From contig JAICRU010000002.1 of assembly GCA_025937235.1 (NCBI GenBank), forward strand, positions 6,304-70,303: 64,000 nt of DNA. The letters run 5' to 3'. Made by a program: the position numbers and the translations under genes. The notes beneath the pieces are model-generated. The model saw nothing but the letters and a program-made list of their open reading frames with translations. It did no database searches and had not been told where the DNA came from. The DNA is from Acidimicrobiia bacterium (lineage in GTDB: Bacteria > Actinomycetota > Acidimicrobiia > Spongiisociales > ZC4RG35). Shown piece by piece: positions 27,287 to 36,903 of the stretch. Within the stretch, counting starts at the first letter, position 1, and every line of letters begins with the position of its first letter.

Positions 27287-28699
27287 ACCTATGCCGCGCT
27301 CCTTCAATTCCTGGAGGATTGCCTCGAGAGAGGCGTCGACCGGCATCGGCGGGCGCTCCTCCTCGGAAGGCCCGAACTCTCGCTCGAACTCCTTCTGAGG
27401 GCGACGCCGGCCCTTCTTCTGCTCCTCCATCTGGATCTCCCTCTCCCGCCAGTCGGGAGAAGCCTGCTTGATGGACAGCGAGATGCGACGCCGCTCATCT
27501 TCCTTCTCGGTGATCTTCACCTTTACCTGCTGCCCGATGGACAACTCGAGCTCGGGTGACTCGACCCGGTGTATCGCGATCTCCGAGACGTGCACCAGGC
27601 CCTCCACGCCGTCGGCCACTGAGACGAATGCTCCGAAGGGGACGGTCTTGGTCACGACGCCATCGATGACGTCGCCGACTTCGTGATCACGAGCGAACAC
27701 ATCCCATGGGTCGTCGCTGGTCTGACGGATCGACAACGAGATCCGCTCCCTCTCCCGGTCGACCTCGAGCACCTTGACGTTGACCTTGTCTCCGACCTTC
27801 ACCAGCTCACCGGGGTGGTTCACGTGTTGCCAGGAGAGCTCGGAGACGTGGACGAGGCCGTCCATGCCACCGAGGTCGACGAATGCCCCGAAATTGACCA
27901 CCGAGGAGACGACGCCCTCGCGAACCTCACCTTCGTGCAGGCCATCGAGGAAGGCGTTTCGTTCCTCTGCCTGGGCCTCCTCTAGATACGCACGGCGGGA
28001 GAGCACGACGTTGTTGCGAGCCCGGTCGAGCTCGATCACCTTGGCGGTTATCTCTTCGCCGATGAAGGGGTCGAGATCACGAACCCTGCGCATGTCGACA
28101 AGAGATGCGGGGAGGAAGCCACGGAGCCCGATGTCGACGATCAGACCGCCCTTGACGACTTCGATCACGGTGCCTTCGACCGTGCCGCCCTCTTTGGCGA
28201 CCTCCTGGATCTTGCCCCAGGCGCGTTCGTACATGGCGCGCTTCTTGGAGAGGATCAGCCTGCCCTCGTCGTCTTCTTTGTTCAGCACCACTGCTTCAAC
28301 CCGCTCCCCCACGCTGACTGCATCGGTGGGGTCCACGTTGTTGCGGATCGACAGTTCCCGGGTCGGGATCAGGCCCTCTGACTTGTAGCCGATGTCGATC
28401 ATCGCGCCGTCGGGATCCACGCTGACGACGGTGCCCTCCACGATGTCGCCCTCTTTGAACTCGAGAACGGTGGCCTCGATGGCGCGCTCGAAGTCGTCGG
28501 CGATGTCGTCGGGAAGATCAGTCAGATCGGGGGCAACCAGGGCCTCACGGCCCGAGACCTCTTCTTCTCCTGCATCTGGAGCCTGTGCCTGCTCCTCCAT
28601 CTCGACTGAGACGGGCGTCTCGGTCTCGACGGTCTCGGGCGCCGCCGGGCTCTCCGAGTCGAGAGCGCTTGCGGGCGCGTCTTGCGGGTTGCTGGTCAT
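27278..28699 (-). CDS. rpsA: 30S ribosomal protein S1
   Basis: Four or more S1 RNA-binding repeats (GxVxG...FGAFV, GLVHVSE). Conserved rpsA-polA adjacency. Confidence 0.95.
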   Translation of the reverse strand: MTSNPQDAPASALDSESPAAPETVETETPVSVEMEEQAQAPDAGEEEVSGREALVAPDLTDLPDDIADDFERAIEATVLEFKEGDIVEGTVVSVDPDGAMIDIGYKSEGLIPTRELSIRNNVDPTDAVSVGERVEAVVLNKEDDEGRLILSKKRAMYERAWGKIQEVAKEGGTVEGTVIEVVKGGLIVDIGLRGFLPASLVDMRRVRDLDPFIGEEITAKVIELDRARNNVVLSRRAYLEEAQAEERNAFLDGLHEGEVREGVVSSVVNFGAFVDLGGMDGLVHVSELSWQHVNHPGELVKVGDKVNVKVLEVDRERERISLSIRQTSDDPWDVFARDHEVGDVIDGVVTKTVPFGAFVSVADGVEGLVHVSEIAIHRVESPELELSIGQQVKVKITEKEDERRRISLSIKQASPDWREREIQMEEQKKGRRRPQKEFEREFGPSEEERPPMPVDASLEAILQELKERGIGRK

Positions 28700-28799
28700 A
28701 ACTGGGTGGTTGCCTCCGAAGGGGAAACTGCAGACGCTGGGGTCCGCAGCCTGAGCGAGTGTACGCAGTTCTGTGTGGAACTGCCAACGTGATAAATGG

Positions 28800-31412
28800 T
28801 CAGCTCTTGACCGAGGCGAGATCCGGGCCGGTGGCTACATCGACTTCGAGGGGGACATCCAACGCAACCACACCCTCCATGGTCTCCACCACCAGCTTCT
28901 CGGCCACCTCGAGCTCGTCGACGGGGCTCTCCAGGATCAGCTCGTCGTGAATTTGAAGCAAGAGCATGGAGGCGAGCCCCTCGGAGCGAAGGCTGGCGTC
29001 GAGCTCGATCATCGACTTCTTGATGATGTCTGCGGCGGTGCCCTGGACAGGCGCGTTCAACGCCATCCGCTCCCCCATCTGCCGAATCCGGAAATTGTCC
29101 GACTTGAGCTCGGGCAGGTAGCGTCTTCTTCCGAAGAGGGTGGTCGTGTACCCCTGATTGCGGGCGAGGGTGACGACCGATGCCATGAACTCCTTGACGT
29201 GGACGAACTGCGAGAAGTACGCGTCCATGTGCTGCTGTGCCACCTCGCGGGAAATGCCAAGCCGATCGGCCAGGCCGAATGCCTCCATCCCGTAGAGCAG
29301 CCCGAAGTTGATCATCTTGGCGGTGCGCCGTTGGTCGCTGGTGACAGCGCCTTCCTCGAGGTCCCACACCCTGGCGGCGGTGGCGGTGTGGATGTCCGAT
29401 CCGGAGCGGAAGGCCTCGACCAGGAACGGGTCACCGCTCATATGGGCCAGGACCCGCAACTCGATCTGGGAGTAGTCGGCGACGAGGAACTCGGCTCCCT
29501 CGCCGGCGATGAATGCCCGTCGGATCGTCCTTCCCGACTCCGATCGGATCGGGATGTTCTGGAGGTTGGGCCGGTCCGATGAGAGTCTCCCCGTCGTCGC
29601 GGCCATCTGGTTGAACCTGGTCCGGATCCTGCCGTCGGGCTCGACCAGGGGTAGATAGCCGTCTACATATGTGCCCCGCAGCTTCTCGTACTCCCGATAC
29701 TCGAGCAGGGCCTCTACCAGCGGGTGATCCAGCTTCTTGAGCACCGAAGCGTCGGTCGACGGCTTGCCGGTCGATGTCTTCTTGAGGACGGGCAGGGCGA
29801 GCTTGTCGAACAGGACATACCGGAGCTGATCGGTCGAGTTCACGTTGAACTGCTCGCCGGCCAACTCCTGGATCTGCTTGTCGAGCGCAGTCAACTTGGA
29901 GCGCAGGTCTGCTCCCATCCCCTCCAGATAGGCGCGATCGACCCCGATCCCGGCGTGCTCCATACGGGCCAGGACGGGGATCAGCGGAAGCTCGAACTCC
30001 TGGAACAGCTCGGCTTCGTCTCTCTCCGCCAATTCGGACCGCATCACCTCGACCAATCGGCGCACACCTTCGATGCGACGTCCTTCGAGCTCCAGGTCTG
30101 GCCCGGAGTCGAAGGGCAGGGTGCCCGTCGCCGCATCCTCCTCGTCCGGTGACACCAACTCGAGTCCCAGCAACCGGTCGGCCAGCTCTTCGAGGTCATA
30201 GGTGCGCTGAGAGGGATTGACGATGTAGGCAGCGAGGGCCGTGTCCATGTCGAGACGCTCCACATCCCGTTCCATCTCGAGCAGTGCCCGGACCAGATCC
30301 TTGACGTCGTGCCCGGCGAGAGCGGCAACACCGGACTCGAGAACGTCGAGGATCGGGCCGGCAGCGTCGAAAGGGACTACCGCGGCCAGGCCAGGCCCGG
30401 TCGAAACGGCCAGGCCGAACGGCTCTCCCCCATCGACGACCAGCCCGGCGACGAGCACCTCTTTTTCGGCCATCGCCTCGACCTCCGACTGCGCCGTGAT
30501 CAGACGCGACTCCACCTCGACGAGCTCGGAGGCGGTGGCGGCCGAAGGCAAAGCCTGCTCCAGGTCATTCCACATGGAGTGGAACTCCAGACTGTCGAAC
30601 AGATCCTTGACCTGATGACGGTCCCACTCCCGGGTGTGGAGCTCTTCGACCTGGATGCCCAGATCCAGGTCGTCGATGAGCCGCATCAGCTCGCGGTTGA
30701 GGAAGACCTGCTCCCGATGACCAGACAGGTTCTCTCTCAGCTTGGGGGTGAGGTCGGTCACCGACAGATAGAGATTGTCCAGGTCCCCATAGTCCGCGAT
30801 GAGTCGGGAGGCGGTCTTCTCGCCGACGCCGGGCACCCCCGGGAGGTTGTCGGAGGTGTCACCACGCAGAGCCGCGTACTCGACGTATTGATCGGGACGG
30901 ATCCCGTACTTCTCCTCGACGTAACCCTCATCGGCCAGGACGATGTCACTGATGCCACGCCGGGTGTAGACGACTTTCACCGGCCCCTCGATCAGCTGGA
31001 AAGCGTCTCTGTCGCCCGTGACGATCAGTACCTCCCAGCCTGCCGCCACGGCGTTCCTGGTCAGTGTGGCGATCAGGTCGTCGGCCTCGAAACCCTCCCG
31101 GCGCAACTGCGTGATGTGAAGGGTTTGCAGGACCTCGTCCATGAGGGGAAGCTGGCTGCGGAACTCGTCGGGGGCCCGCTCGCGTTGCGACTTGTACTCC
31201 GGATATGACTCGGTCCTGAAGGTCTGTCTGGAGACGTCCCAGGCAACGGCGATGCCGTCGGGGTGATAGTCCTTGAGCAGCCGGATCAGCATCCTGGTGA
31301 ATCCGAACACCGCGTTCGTGACTTGGCCGCTCTTGGTAGCCAGGTCCGGCGGGAGGGCGTAGAACGCCCTATAGGCGACGGAATTGCCGTCGATCAGGGC
31401 GAGTGTGGGCAC
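28800..31412 (-). CDS. polA: DNA polymerase I
   Basis: 5'-3' exonuclease (LIDGNSVAYRAFYAL), 3'-5' exonuclease-like and polymerase domains (motifs A/B/C including YGLLYG). Start reassigned to GTG 31412 (VPTLALIDGNS). The upstream 64 codons of the ORF-track call overlap an independent gene. Confidence 0.9.
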   Translation of the reverse strand: MPTLALIDGNSVAYRAFYALPPDLATKSGQVTNAVFGFTRMLIRLLKDYHPDGIAVAWDVSRQTFRTESYPEYKSQRERAPDEFRSQLPLMDEVLQTLHITQLRREGFEADDLIATLTRNAVAAGWEVLIVTGDRDAFQLIEGPVKVVYTRRGISDIVLADEGYVEEKYGIRPDQYVEYAALRGDTSDNLPGVPGVGEKTASRLIADYGDLDNLYLSVTDLTPKLRENLSGHREQVFLNRELMRLIDDLDLGIQVEELHTREWDRHQVKDLFDSLEFHSMWNDLEQALPSAATASELVEVESRLITAQSEVEAMAEKEVLVAGLVVDGGEPFGLAVSTGPGLAAVVPFDAAGPILDVLESGVAALAGHDVKDLVRALLEMERDVERLDMDTALAAYIVNPSQRTYDLEELADRLLGLELVSPDEEDAATGTLPFDSGPDLELEGRRIEGVRRLVEVMRSELAERDEAELFQEFELPLIPVLARMEHAGIGVDRAYLEGMGADLRSKLTALDKQIQELAGEQFNVNSTDQLRYVLFDKLALPVLKKTSTGKPSTDASVLKKLDHPLVEALLEYREYEKLRGTYVDGYLPLVEPDGRIRTRFNQMAATTGRLSSDRPNLQNIPIRSESGRTIRRAFIAGEGAEFLVADYSQIELRVLAHMSGDPFLVEAFRSGSDIHTATAARVWDLEEGAVTSDQRRTAKMINFGLLYGMEAFGLADRLGISREVAQQHMDAYFSQFVHVKEFMASVVTLARNQGYTTTLFGRRRYLPELKSDNFRIRQMGERMALNAPVQGTAADIIKKSMIELDASLRSEGLASMLLLQIHDELILESPVDELEVAEKLVVETMEGVVALDVPLEVDVATGPDLASVKS

Positions 31413-31437
31413 GAACTGACGGTAGTGGCCTTGCCGG

Positions 31438-31740
31438 TCAGTCGGGCAGACGGGCGAGCAGGCGGTCTCGGGTCTTGACCAGCTTGGCCCGGCGGGCCCG
31501 GAGATAGTGGGCGGTGCGCTCGAAGCGACGCACGTCGCCCGAGGTCCGCCCTGCCTCTTCCCGGTCGATGTGATTGCCGAAGGCCGCATCCATCTGGGCG
31601 TCATCGTTGATGGCGCGATGATGCCCCAGCTCGGCGTCGACCAGGCTCAGCTCTCGGCTGATCGACTGGATCCGGTCGTTGAGACGGAACAATCGACGAT
31701 GGATGCGGTTCAAGACGAGCAATTGTGTCACACCAGGCAT
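31438..31740 (-). CDS. Hypothetical protein (about 85-100 aa), co-directional with polA and 25 nt upstream of it
   Basis: Very high GC3 and a protein-like, basic C-terminal region (RARRAKLVKTRDRLLARLPD). The start is uncertain because the N-terminal codons have weak bias. No family assignment could be made. Confidence 0.4.
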   Translation of the reverse strand: MPGVTQLLVLNRIHRRLFRLNDRIQSISRELSLVDAELGHHRAINDDAQMDAAFGNHIDREEAGRTSGDVRRFERTAHYLRARRAKLVKTRDRLLARLPD

Positions 31741-32028
31741 CTACGTTGGAACCAGGTGAGACCGGAATCGCAGTGCCGGCAGGCACTGGAGTCGATCGAG
31801 GCGGAAGTCAAGGACTGCGAGATCGGTCGACGGCTCCCGTCCGGCACCAACCGCTACCGGTACACGAGATACATGTTCACCAACGCGTCGACCGACATCC
31901 TGGGCATCTTCACCGATGCCCTCGATCTGCTCGGCGTGCACTGGACCCAGACCAATACCCGTACCATCTCGATCGCCCGAAGAGACGACGTCGCGTTCCT
32001 GGACAGCTTCATCGGTCCGAAGTGTTGA
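31741..32028 (+). pseudogene. 3' remnant of a protein-coding gene (no start codon); unidentified product
   Basis: Strong GC3 bias. The sequence ...SGTNRYRYTRYMFTNASTDILGIFTDALDLLGVHWTQTNTRTISIARRDDVAFLDSFIGPKC* is protein-like, with Y/F/N/T/I usage atypical of GC-rich noise. There is no in-frame ATG/GTG before the MFTNAS Met. Confidence 0.3.
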
Positions 32029-32047
32029 CCGGTAAAATGCGAAACGA

Positions 32048-32134
32048 GCCGGAGTGCTGGAACTGGAAGACAGTATGGTCTCAAACACCATTGGGGGAAA
32101 CCCCGTGTGGGTTCGAATCCCACCTCCGGCACCA
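32048..32134 (+). tRNA. tRNA-Leu (anticodon CAA), class II with long variable arm, CCA encoded
   Basis: Manual fold. Acceptor GCCGGAG/CTCCGGC. D-arm GCTGGAACTGGAAGACAG. Anticodon stem ATGGT/ACCAT with loop cTCAAac. Long variable arm TGGGGGAAACCCCGT. T-arm GTGGG-TTCGAAT-CCCAC. Discriminator A, then CCA. 87 nt. Confidence 0.8.
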
Positions 32135-32135
32135 A

Positions 32136-32162
32136 GTCGACTGCGAAACATCAGCAGTCGAC
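32136..32162 (+). terminator. Perfect 9-bp palindromic hairpin immediately after tRNA-Leu
   Basis: GTCGACTGC-gaaacatca-GCAGTCGAC, starting 2 nt after the CCA end. Could be the tRNA terminator or processing element. Confidence 0.35.
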
Positions 32163-32181
32163 AGCGGCTCGGCCAGCCAGG

Positions 32182-32698
32182 ATGGCTGCATTATTCGGGC
32201 TTCTCGTCGCCGTCTCGATGTTCATCATCGTTGGGTTCGTGTCATCAGACGACGGACCGGGCGACGCCTTGGTGCAGCACGGGTTGGTCATCCTGGTCGT
32301 CATTGCCGCCGTACCGCTCGTCGTGATCTTCGGGTCGGGTGACCTTTCCCGGGTCGCCATCCCGGGCGGTGCGATGACGGCGGCCTGCTTGCCACCATGT
32401 TCGGCGGCAACTTCGCCGGTCTGGCCATGGCGATCGGGGGAGTTCCAATTCTCGTCTCGGCAGCATCACGAGGTGTCCAACTCTCCCTCGGCCGCGTGGT
32501 CAGGCTCATTGGCTACACCTCCTGCTCGTGGCGGCGATGTGGCTGTCTCTCGGCGACACGACGCTGCTGACGAAGACGACCGCCGTCCTCCTCGCCGGGA
32601 TCCTCGCTGACCGGTCTTCAGCCTTCGGGTACCGCCTCGACCACAGCTTGAGCATCTCCCACTATTACCGCGTCACCGGATTCGACGCCGCGCCGTAA
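32182..32698 (+). pseudogene. Decayed small membrane-protein gene spread over three reading frames (two apparent frameshifts)
   Basis: High-GC3, TM-like segments continue from frame 1 (MAALFGLLVAVSMFIIVGFV...AIPGGAMTAA, 32182-32385) to frame 2 (GLLATMFGGNFAGLAMAIGGVPILV..., to about 32512) to frame 3 (HLLLVAAMWLSLGDTTLLTKTTAVLLAGILADRS...FDAAP*, ending 32698). No single frame is intact. Confidence 0.3.
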
Positions 32699-33442
32699 CA
32701 GACCCAACCCAACGCCGCCCGCCGACGAGGTCATCATGCCGACTTCTTCGCCATCCTTGGTCACAGCCGCCCCAGCCTTTGGAGCTTCACCGTCGAAGCG
32801 GAGGATGCGGAGGTGGTGATTGACCCGTCCCCCACGGCTGTCGAGACGGGCCACCAGCTCCTGACCGAGGAAGCACCCCTTGTCGAAGGAGATCGATGAT
32901 CCAACGAGACCCGTCTCCTGGGGGATGGTGTTGTCGGTGACATCGACCCCCATCAACGGCTCCCCTGCCTCGATCCGCAGCTCCCCGTACCCGTCGGCAC
33001 CGATCGAGGGAAGACCGGGCTTCTCCCCCACCACCAAAGTGCGCTCGACACCACTCCACGAGACGTCTGCCACCAAGCCGCCCCGATCGCCGCTCCACCG
33101 GTCGTGATCAGCGCCATACGAACCCACCACCAGCCATCGCTCCGCCGTCACCGGCTCTATCGAGACATCGACTCTTATTCGATATCGGCCCAGTTTGGCG
33201 GCCAGGTCCTCACCACGCCCCTCATCCACCACCAGACCGATCTCGTCACCCCCGCCCAACACCCACATGATGTGGTCCAGCTTTCCCTGCGGGGTGAGCA
33301 GCAGAGACCTCCGCACCATCCCCGGGGCCATGTCGGCCATCTCCTGGGTGATCAGGTCGTTGAGGAACCGCCGGGCGTCGACGCCGGCGAACCAGACCAG
33401 GTCGGGTGTCGTCGGGGCCAGGCTGGGCGCGGTCGCACCCAT
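32618..33442 (-). CDS. ygfZ: YgfZ/GcvT-like folate-binding protein (tRNA-modifying / Fe-S cluster repair family)
   Basis: The C-terminal 274 aa have an aminomethyltransferase-like fold (LVWFAGVDARRFLNDLITQ...). True start is ATG 33442, which overlaps the ccdA stop as ATGA. The ORF-track extension back to 34129 is antisense or out-of-frame relative to ccdA. Confidence 0.7.
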   Translation of the reverse strand: MGATAPSLAPTTPDLVWFAGVDARRFLNDLITQEMADMAPGMVRRSLLLTPQGKLDHIMWVLGGGDEIGLVVDEGRGEDLAAKLGRYRIRVDVSIEPVTAERWLVVGSYGADHDRWSGDRGGLVADVSWSGVERTLVVGEKPGLPSIGADGYGELRIEAGEPLMGVDVTDNTIPQETGLVGSSISFDKGCFLGQELVARLDSRGGRVNHHLRILRFDGEAPKAGAAVTKDGEEVGMMTSSAGGVGLGLLRRGVESGDAVIVGDAQAVVEAVPEG

Positions 33443-34212
33443 CAGATCGTGGCCAGGTCGCGCAGGAAAGGGATGGAGAGCATCACATCTGAGAACCAGT
33501 TGGACAGGGTGCTGATATTCCCGGTGAGCATGATCACACCGAATAGGGTGAGCAGCACGCCTGAGACGATGTTGATAGGGCGCAGGTAAGGCCTCAGCCT
33601 GCCGAACACCTTGAATAGACCCAGGCCGGAGAGAAGGAACGGAATCCCGAGCCCTAGGGAGTAGGCGACCAGGAGCCCCACCCCCCGGCCAAGAGTCGCC
33701 TGAAGCGAGGCGGTGGCCAGGATCACGGTCAACACCGGCCCGATACACGGTGTCCAGGCGAACCCGAATGCCATCCCCATAACAGGCGGTGCCCATCCGC
33801 CGAGCCGGCTCGGTCGAACGTCGAGACGGCGCTCCCTGGCGAATGTGCCGATCACCCCCTGCTCCGACACGGCCATCGCAACCATCAGGATTCCGAACAT
33901 GATCACGGTCAGCCCGGCCAGACGAGTCAAGGTGTCGAGATTCTGCACCAGCCAGGTGCGCAGCCCGGTCGCGATGGCGCCCAAAGCGACGAAGACCACG
34001 GTGAAGCCTGCGATGAAGAGGACGATCACCCTCGTCATGCGACCCATCGACACGTCCCCGCTCTCCAACTGGCTGGCCGAATACCCCGACATCATCGAGA
34101 GGTAGCCAGGCAGCAGGGGCAGTACGCACGGGGAGACGAAGGAGATGATCCCGGCCCCGAATGCGATCAAGACCTGGACGAGGTAGGCGGCCGAGTCGAC
34201 GTTTTCGAACAC
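33442..34212 (-). CDS. ccdA: Cytochrome c-type biogenesis / thiol-disulfide transporter CcdA (DsbD transmembrane domain)
   Basis: Six-TM protein with the two conserved Cys in TM1 and TM4 (SPCVLPLLPGYLS, WTPCIGPVL). Confidence 0.85.
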   Translation of the reverse strand: MFENVDSAAYLVQVLIAFGAGIISFVSPCVLPLLPGYLSMMSGYSASQLESGDVSMGRMTRVIVLFIAGFTVVFVALGAIATGLRTWLVQNLDTLTRLAGLTVIMFGILMVAMAVSEQGVIGTFARERRLDVRPSRLGGWAPPVMGMAFGFAWTPCIGPVLTVILATASLQATLGRGVGLLVAYSLGLGIPFLLSGLGLFKVFGRLRPYLRPINIVSGVLLTLFGVIMLTGNISTLSNWFSDVMLSIPFLRDLATI

Positions 34213-34240
34213 TTGGTCTTTCGGGGAAGCTGCCGAAGTT

Positions 34241-35527
34241 TTGGTGATGATCGCACGAGCAGCCCTCTACTCTCGATTCGTGAGTCCGTGGTTGCGACGT
34301 GTTCTAGGCCCGTTGCTCCCGGTGGACCGCTTCACCTCCTCCGACCGCCGAATCGTCGCGGTCATCTGGGCCGCTGGTCTCGTGCAGGGCTTCGCCCAGT
34401 CGCAGGTGTCGGCCACCCTTCCCTTCACCAGGGCCGGGCTGGGCCTGACCGAAGGTGAGATGAGCATGCTCCTCGGGATCGCGAGACTCGCCGCGTTCGC
34501 CGCCCTCCCCTTGGGCTGGATTGGCGATCATCGCGGTCGACGGACGCCTCTGCTCTGGTCGGTGACTCTCGTCGTAATCGGCGGGACCCTCGCCGGCCTG
34601 GCCATGGAGGCCTGGCAATTCGGGACGGCCCAGGCGATCCTGCGGACCGGCACTGCGGGGATGGGTGGCCTGGCCATAGTGCTCCTCGCCGAGCAGGTCT
34701 CCCCCGTCATCCGGGCGTATGCCATCGCCTTCTACGGGGCCGCGGTGTCCTTCGGCGCCGGGCTCGCTCTGATGACCCTCCCCCTGGCCGACGGTGGCGG
34801 AGAGACCTGGCGGATCCCCCATCTCCTCATCGCCCTTGGGTTCCTCATCCTTCCTCTGCTGGGCCGGGCCTTGCCCGAGAGTCGTGTCTTCGTCGAGGAT
34901 CACGAGCCGGCCTGGCACTGGCGGGACCTGATAGCGGGCATGTGGGCGCGCCGGTTCTGGCTGGTTGCCGTGATCGGGCTCTTCGTCTCGGCCTTCTCCG
35001 CAGTCGCCCTCGCCTTCTCCACCACGCGGATGATCGACTACCTCGGCCTCAGCACTGGGTCGACGGTCATCGTCGCTCTGCTCGGTGGGACACTCGGCGG
35101 GCTGGGCTTCTTCGTTGGCGGGCATCTCGCCGACGCCTGGGGCAGGCGCCGCACCACCGTGATCAGCCTCCTACTCGCCCTGGGAGGTGGCCTGGTGATC
35201 TATTGGTCCGATTCTGTTCCTCTGATCGTCGTGGCGGTCATGGTTTCCTCGTTTGGCACCTTCGCCTTCGTGCCTGCTGGTGGGGCCCATCGCACCGAGT
35301 TGTTCCCAACGGGGCTGCGGGCAAGCGCCAACACCGCGGTCACCAACTTCGGTCTCGCCGGATCGGCCGCCGGCCTGATCCTGGGACGATTCACCATCGA
35401 CCAGGTCGGGCTTTCGGAGACGATCACGCTGCTCGGGGTGGGCATGGCGGCGGCCGCTCTACTCACGCTGCTCCTGCCCGAGACCCGTGGTCAGGACCTG
35501 AGCGCGACACCGACGGCACGTCGGTAG
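34241..35527 (+). CDS. MFS-family transporter
   Basis: 12 predicted TM helices and a GDHRGRR-type MFS motif between TM2 and TM3. Start may be one of several later Met or Val codons. Confidence 0.7.
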   Translation: MVMIARAALYSRFVSPWLRRVLGPLLPVDRFTSSDRRIVAVIWAAGLVQGFAQSQVSATLPFTRAGLGLTEGEMSMLLGIARLAAFAALPLGWIGDHRGRRTPLLWSVTLVVIGGTLAGLAMEAWQFGTAQAILRTGTAGMGGLAIVLLAEQVSPVIRAYAIAFYGAAVSFGAGLALMTLPLADGGGETWRIPHLLIALGFLILPLLGRALPESRVFVEDHEPAWHWRDLIAGMWARRFWLVAVIGLFVSAFSAVALAFSTTRMIDYLGLSTGSTVIVALLGGTLGGLGFFVGGHLADAWGRRRTTVISLLLALGGGLVIYWSDSVPLIVVAVMVSSFGTFAFVPAGGAHRTELFPTGLRASANTAVTNFGLAGSAAGLILGRFTIDQVGLSETITLLGVGMAAAALLTLLLPETRGQDLSATPTARR

Positions 35528-36903
35528 GCGAAGACGAAGACGAGCCCGCGGGCAGCCAGCATGGCGCTGATCCCCCACCAGATGCCGTCGAGTGTCTCGC
35601 CCAGCGGGGTCGCCGTGATGAGTGTTATCAGGACCACCGCGCCCACGGCCGTCGAGAGGATGATGGTCCCGAAGGCGAGGAGCCCGAAGAAGATGCCGTC
35701 TGCTACGAACAGGGGCGCCCCCACCGGCATCATCCACCCGGCAACGGCTGCGGCGGAGATCGTGAGGGCCGCAACCTCGGGGTCTTCCACCAGCAACTCG
35801 AGCGCCGGCGCCCCCAAGGCGAAGACGGCCAGCAGAAGGACTCCCGTGGCCACACCCCAGGCCAGCAACCGGGAGGACAGGCGGTGGATCCGGAGAGAGT
35901 CCCCGCTTCCAACCGCGGCGCCGACCATCGCCTGGGCTGCAATGGCAAATGCATCGGCAACCATCGCGGCCAGGAGCCACACCTGCATCACCACCTGATG
36001 GGCCGCTATCTCCGACGGCCCGAGTCGGGTTGCGGTGGCGGCTGCGATCGTCAGCCCGGCCAGGAGAAAGCCGGTCCTGATGGCGACCAACATGCCGCTC
36101 CGAGCCAAAGAGAGGATCGTGGGGATCGCCTGACGCAAAGGCCCGGGACGGTCGGCCAGCCGCCTTCGCCGGACCAGGATCAGGAACCACGCCGCACCCG
36201 CCCATTGGGCGATGACCGTTCCCAGGGCGGCACCCTCCAGGCCCAGGCCGGCTACGAAGATGAGAAGAGGGTCGAACACCAGATTGATGACGTTGATGCC
36301 CACCGCCACCAGGAGCGGAGTCCGGGTGTCCTGATGCCCGCGAAAGGCGCCGTGGGCCGCGGTGACGATGAGCACCGCCGGGGTGGCGATGGCCCGGATT
36401 CGGAGATAGGACACCGCGGCCTCCGCTACGCCCTCTCCGGCGCCCATCAACCCGACAAACCACGGAGCGAGCAGCTCGAGGATGGCGGCTGCGAGCACTC
36501 CCAGACCCGCGGCCAGGAGGAGCGCGTCACCCACCCATCGTCTCGCTTCCCCCGGGTTGCCCCGTCCCAGGGCCTGGGCCACCAATGGCGTGGTCGCGTA
36601 GGCGAGGAAATTGAAGCCGAAGAAGGCGAAACCAAGGATGGCGGTGTCCACGCCGAGCGCGGCGAGTTCATCGACACCGACCCGTGCGACGAAAGCGGTG
36701 TCGATGAGCGTGAGCACGGGATCGATGGCCAGGGTGCCCAGGGCGGGGACGGCGAGGCGAAGGATGGCGCGGTGGGCAATTCGGGGGGTTGTCACCGGCC
36801 GCCGTTCACGTTCGAGGCGGTGTCTTGGCGGCGAACAAGAACCTCTCCGAGAACTCACACAGACCGAACAACTCACACCGGCCACAGAGGGGTCGTCGTG
36901 CAT
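35491..36903 (-). CDS. MATE-family (DinF/NorM-like) efflux transporter
   Basis: 12-TM MOP-superfamily protein with the typical N-terminus ILRLAVPALGTLAIDPVLTLIDTAFVARVG. The start is probably downstream of the ORF-track Met, since it overlaps nth and has an Arg/Ser-rich extension. Confidence 0.7.
   Translation of the reverse strand: MHDDPSVAGVSCSVCVSSRRGSCSPPRHRLERERRPVTTPRIAHRAILRLAVPALGTLAIDPVLTLIDTAFVARVGVDELAALGVDTAILGFAFFGFNFLAYATTPLVAQALGRGNPGEARRWVGDALLLAAGLGVLAAAILELLAPWFVGLMGAGEGVAEAAVSYLRIRAIATPAVLIVTAAHGAFRGHQDTRTPLLVAVGINVINLVFDPLLIFVAGLGLEGAALGTVIAQWAGAAWFLILVRRRRLADRPGPLRQAIPTILSLARSGMLVAIRTGFLLAGLTIAAATATRLGPSEIAAHQVVMQVWLLAAMVADAFAIAAQAMVGAAVGSGDSLRIHRLSSRLLAWGVATGVLLLAVFALGAPALELLVEDPEVAALTISAAAVAGWMMPVGAPLFVADGIFFGLLAFGTIILSTAVGAVVLITLITATPLGETLDGIWWGISAMLAARGLVFVFAYRRAVGVALRS

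Noticed and set aside
31741-32028. Assignment of the start-less fragment to a LAGLIDADG homing endonuclease
   Set aside because: Only a vague resemblance of one segment (FTNAS...LLG) to the second LAGLIDADG-associated helix. There is no LAGLIDADG motif itself. Kept as unidentified.
32618-34129. 503-aa ORF-track call spanning ygfZ and ccdA
   Set aside because: Only the last 274 aa are YgfZ-like. The first 229 aa overlap the well-supported ccdA in another frame and are Arg/Gly-rich. The true start is the ATG at 33442.
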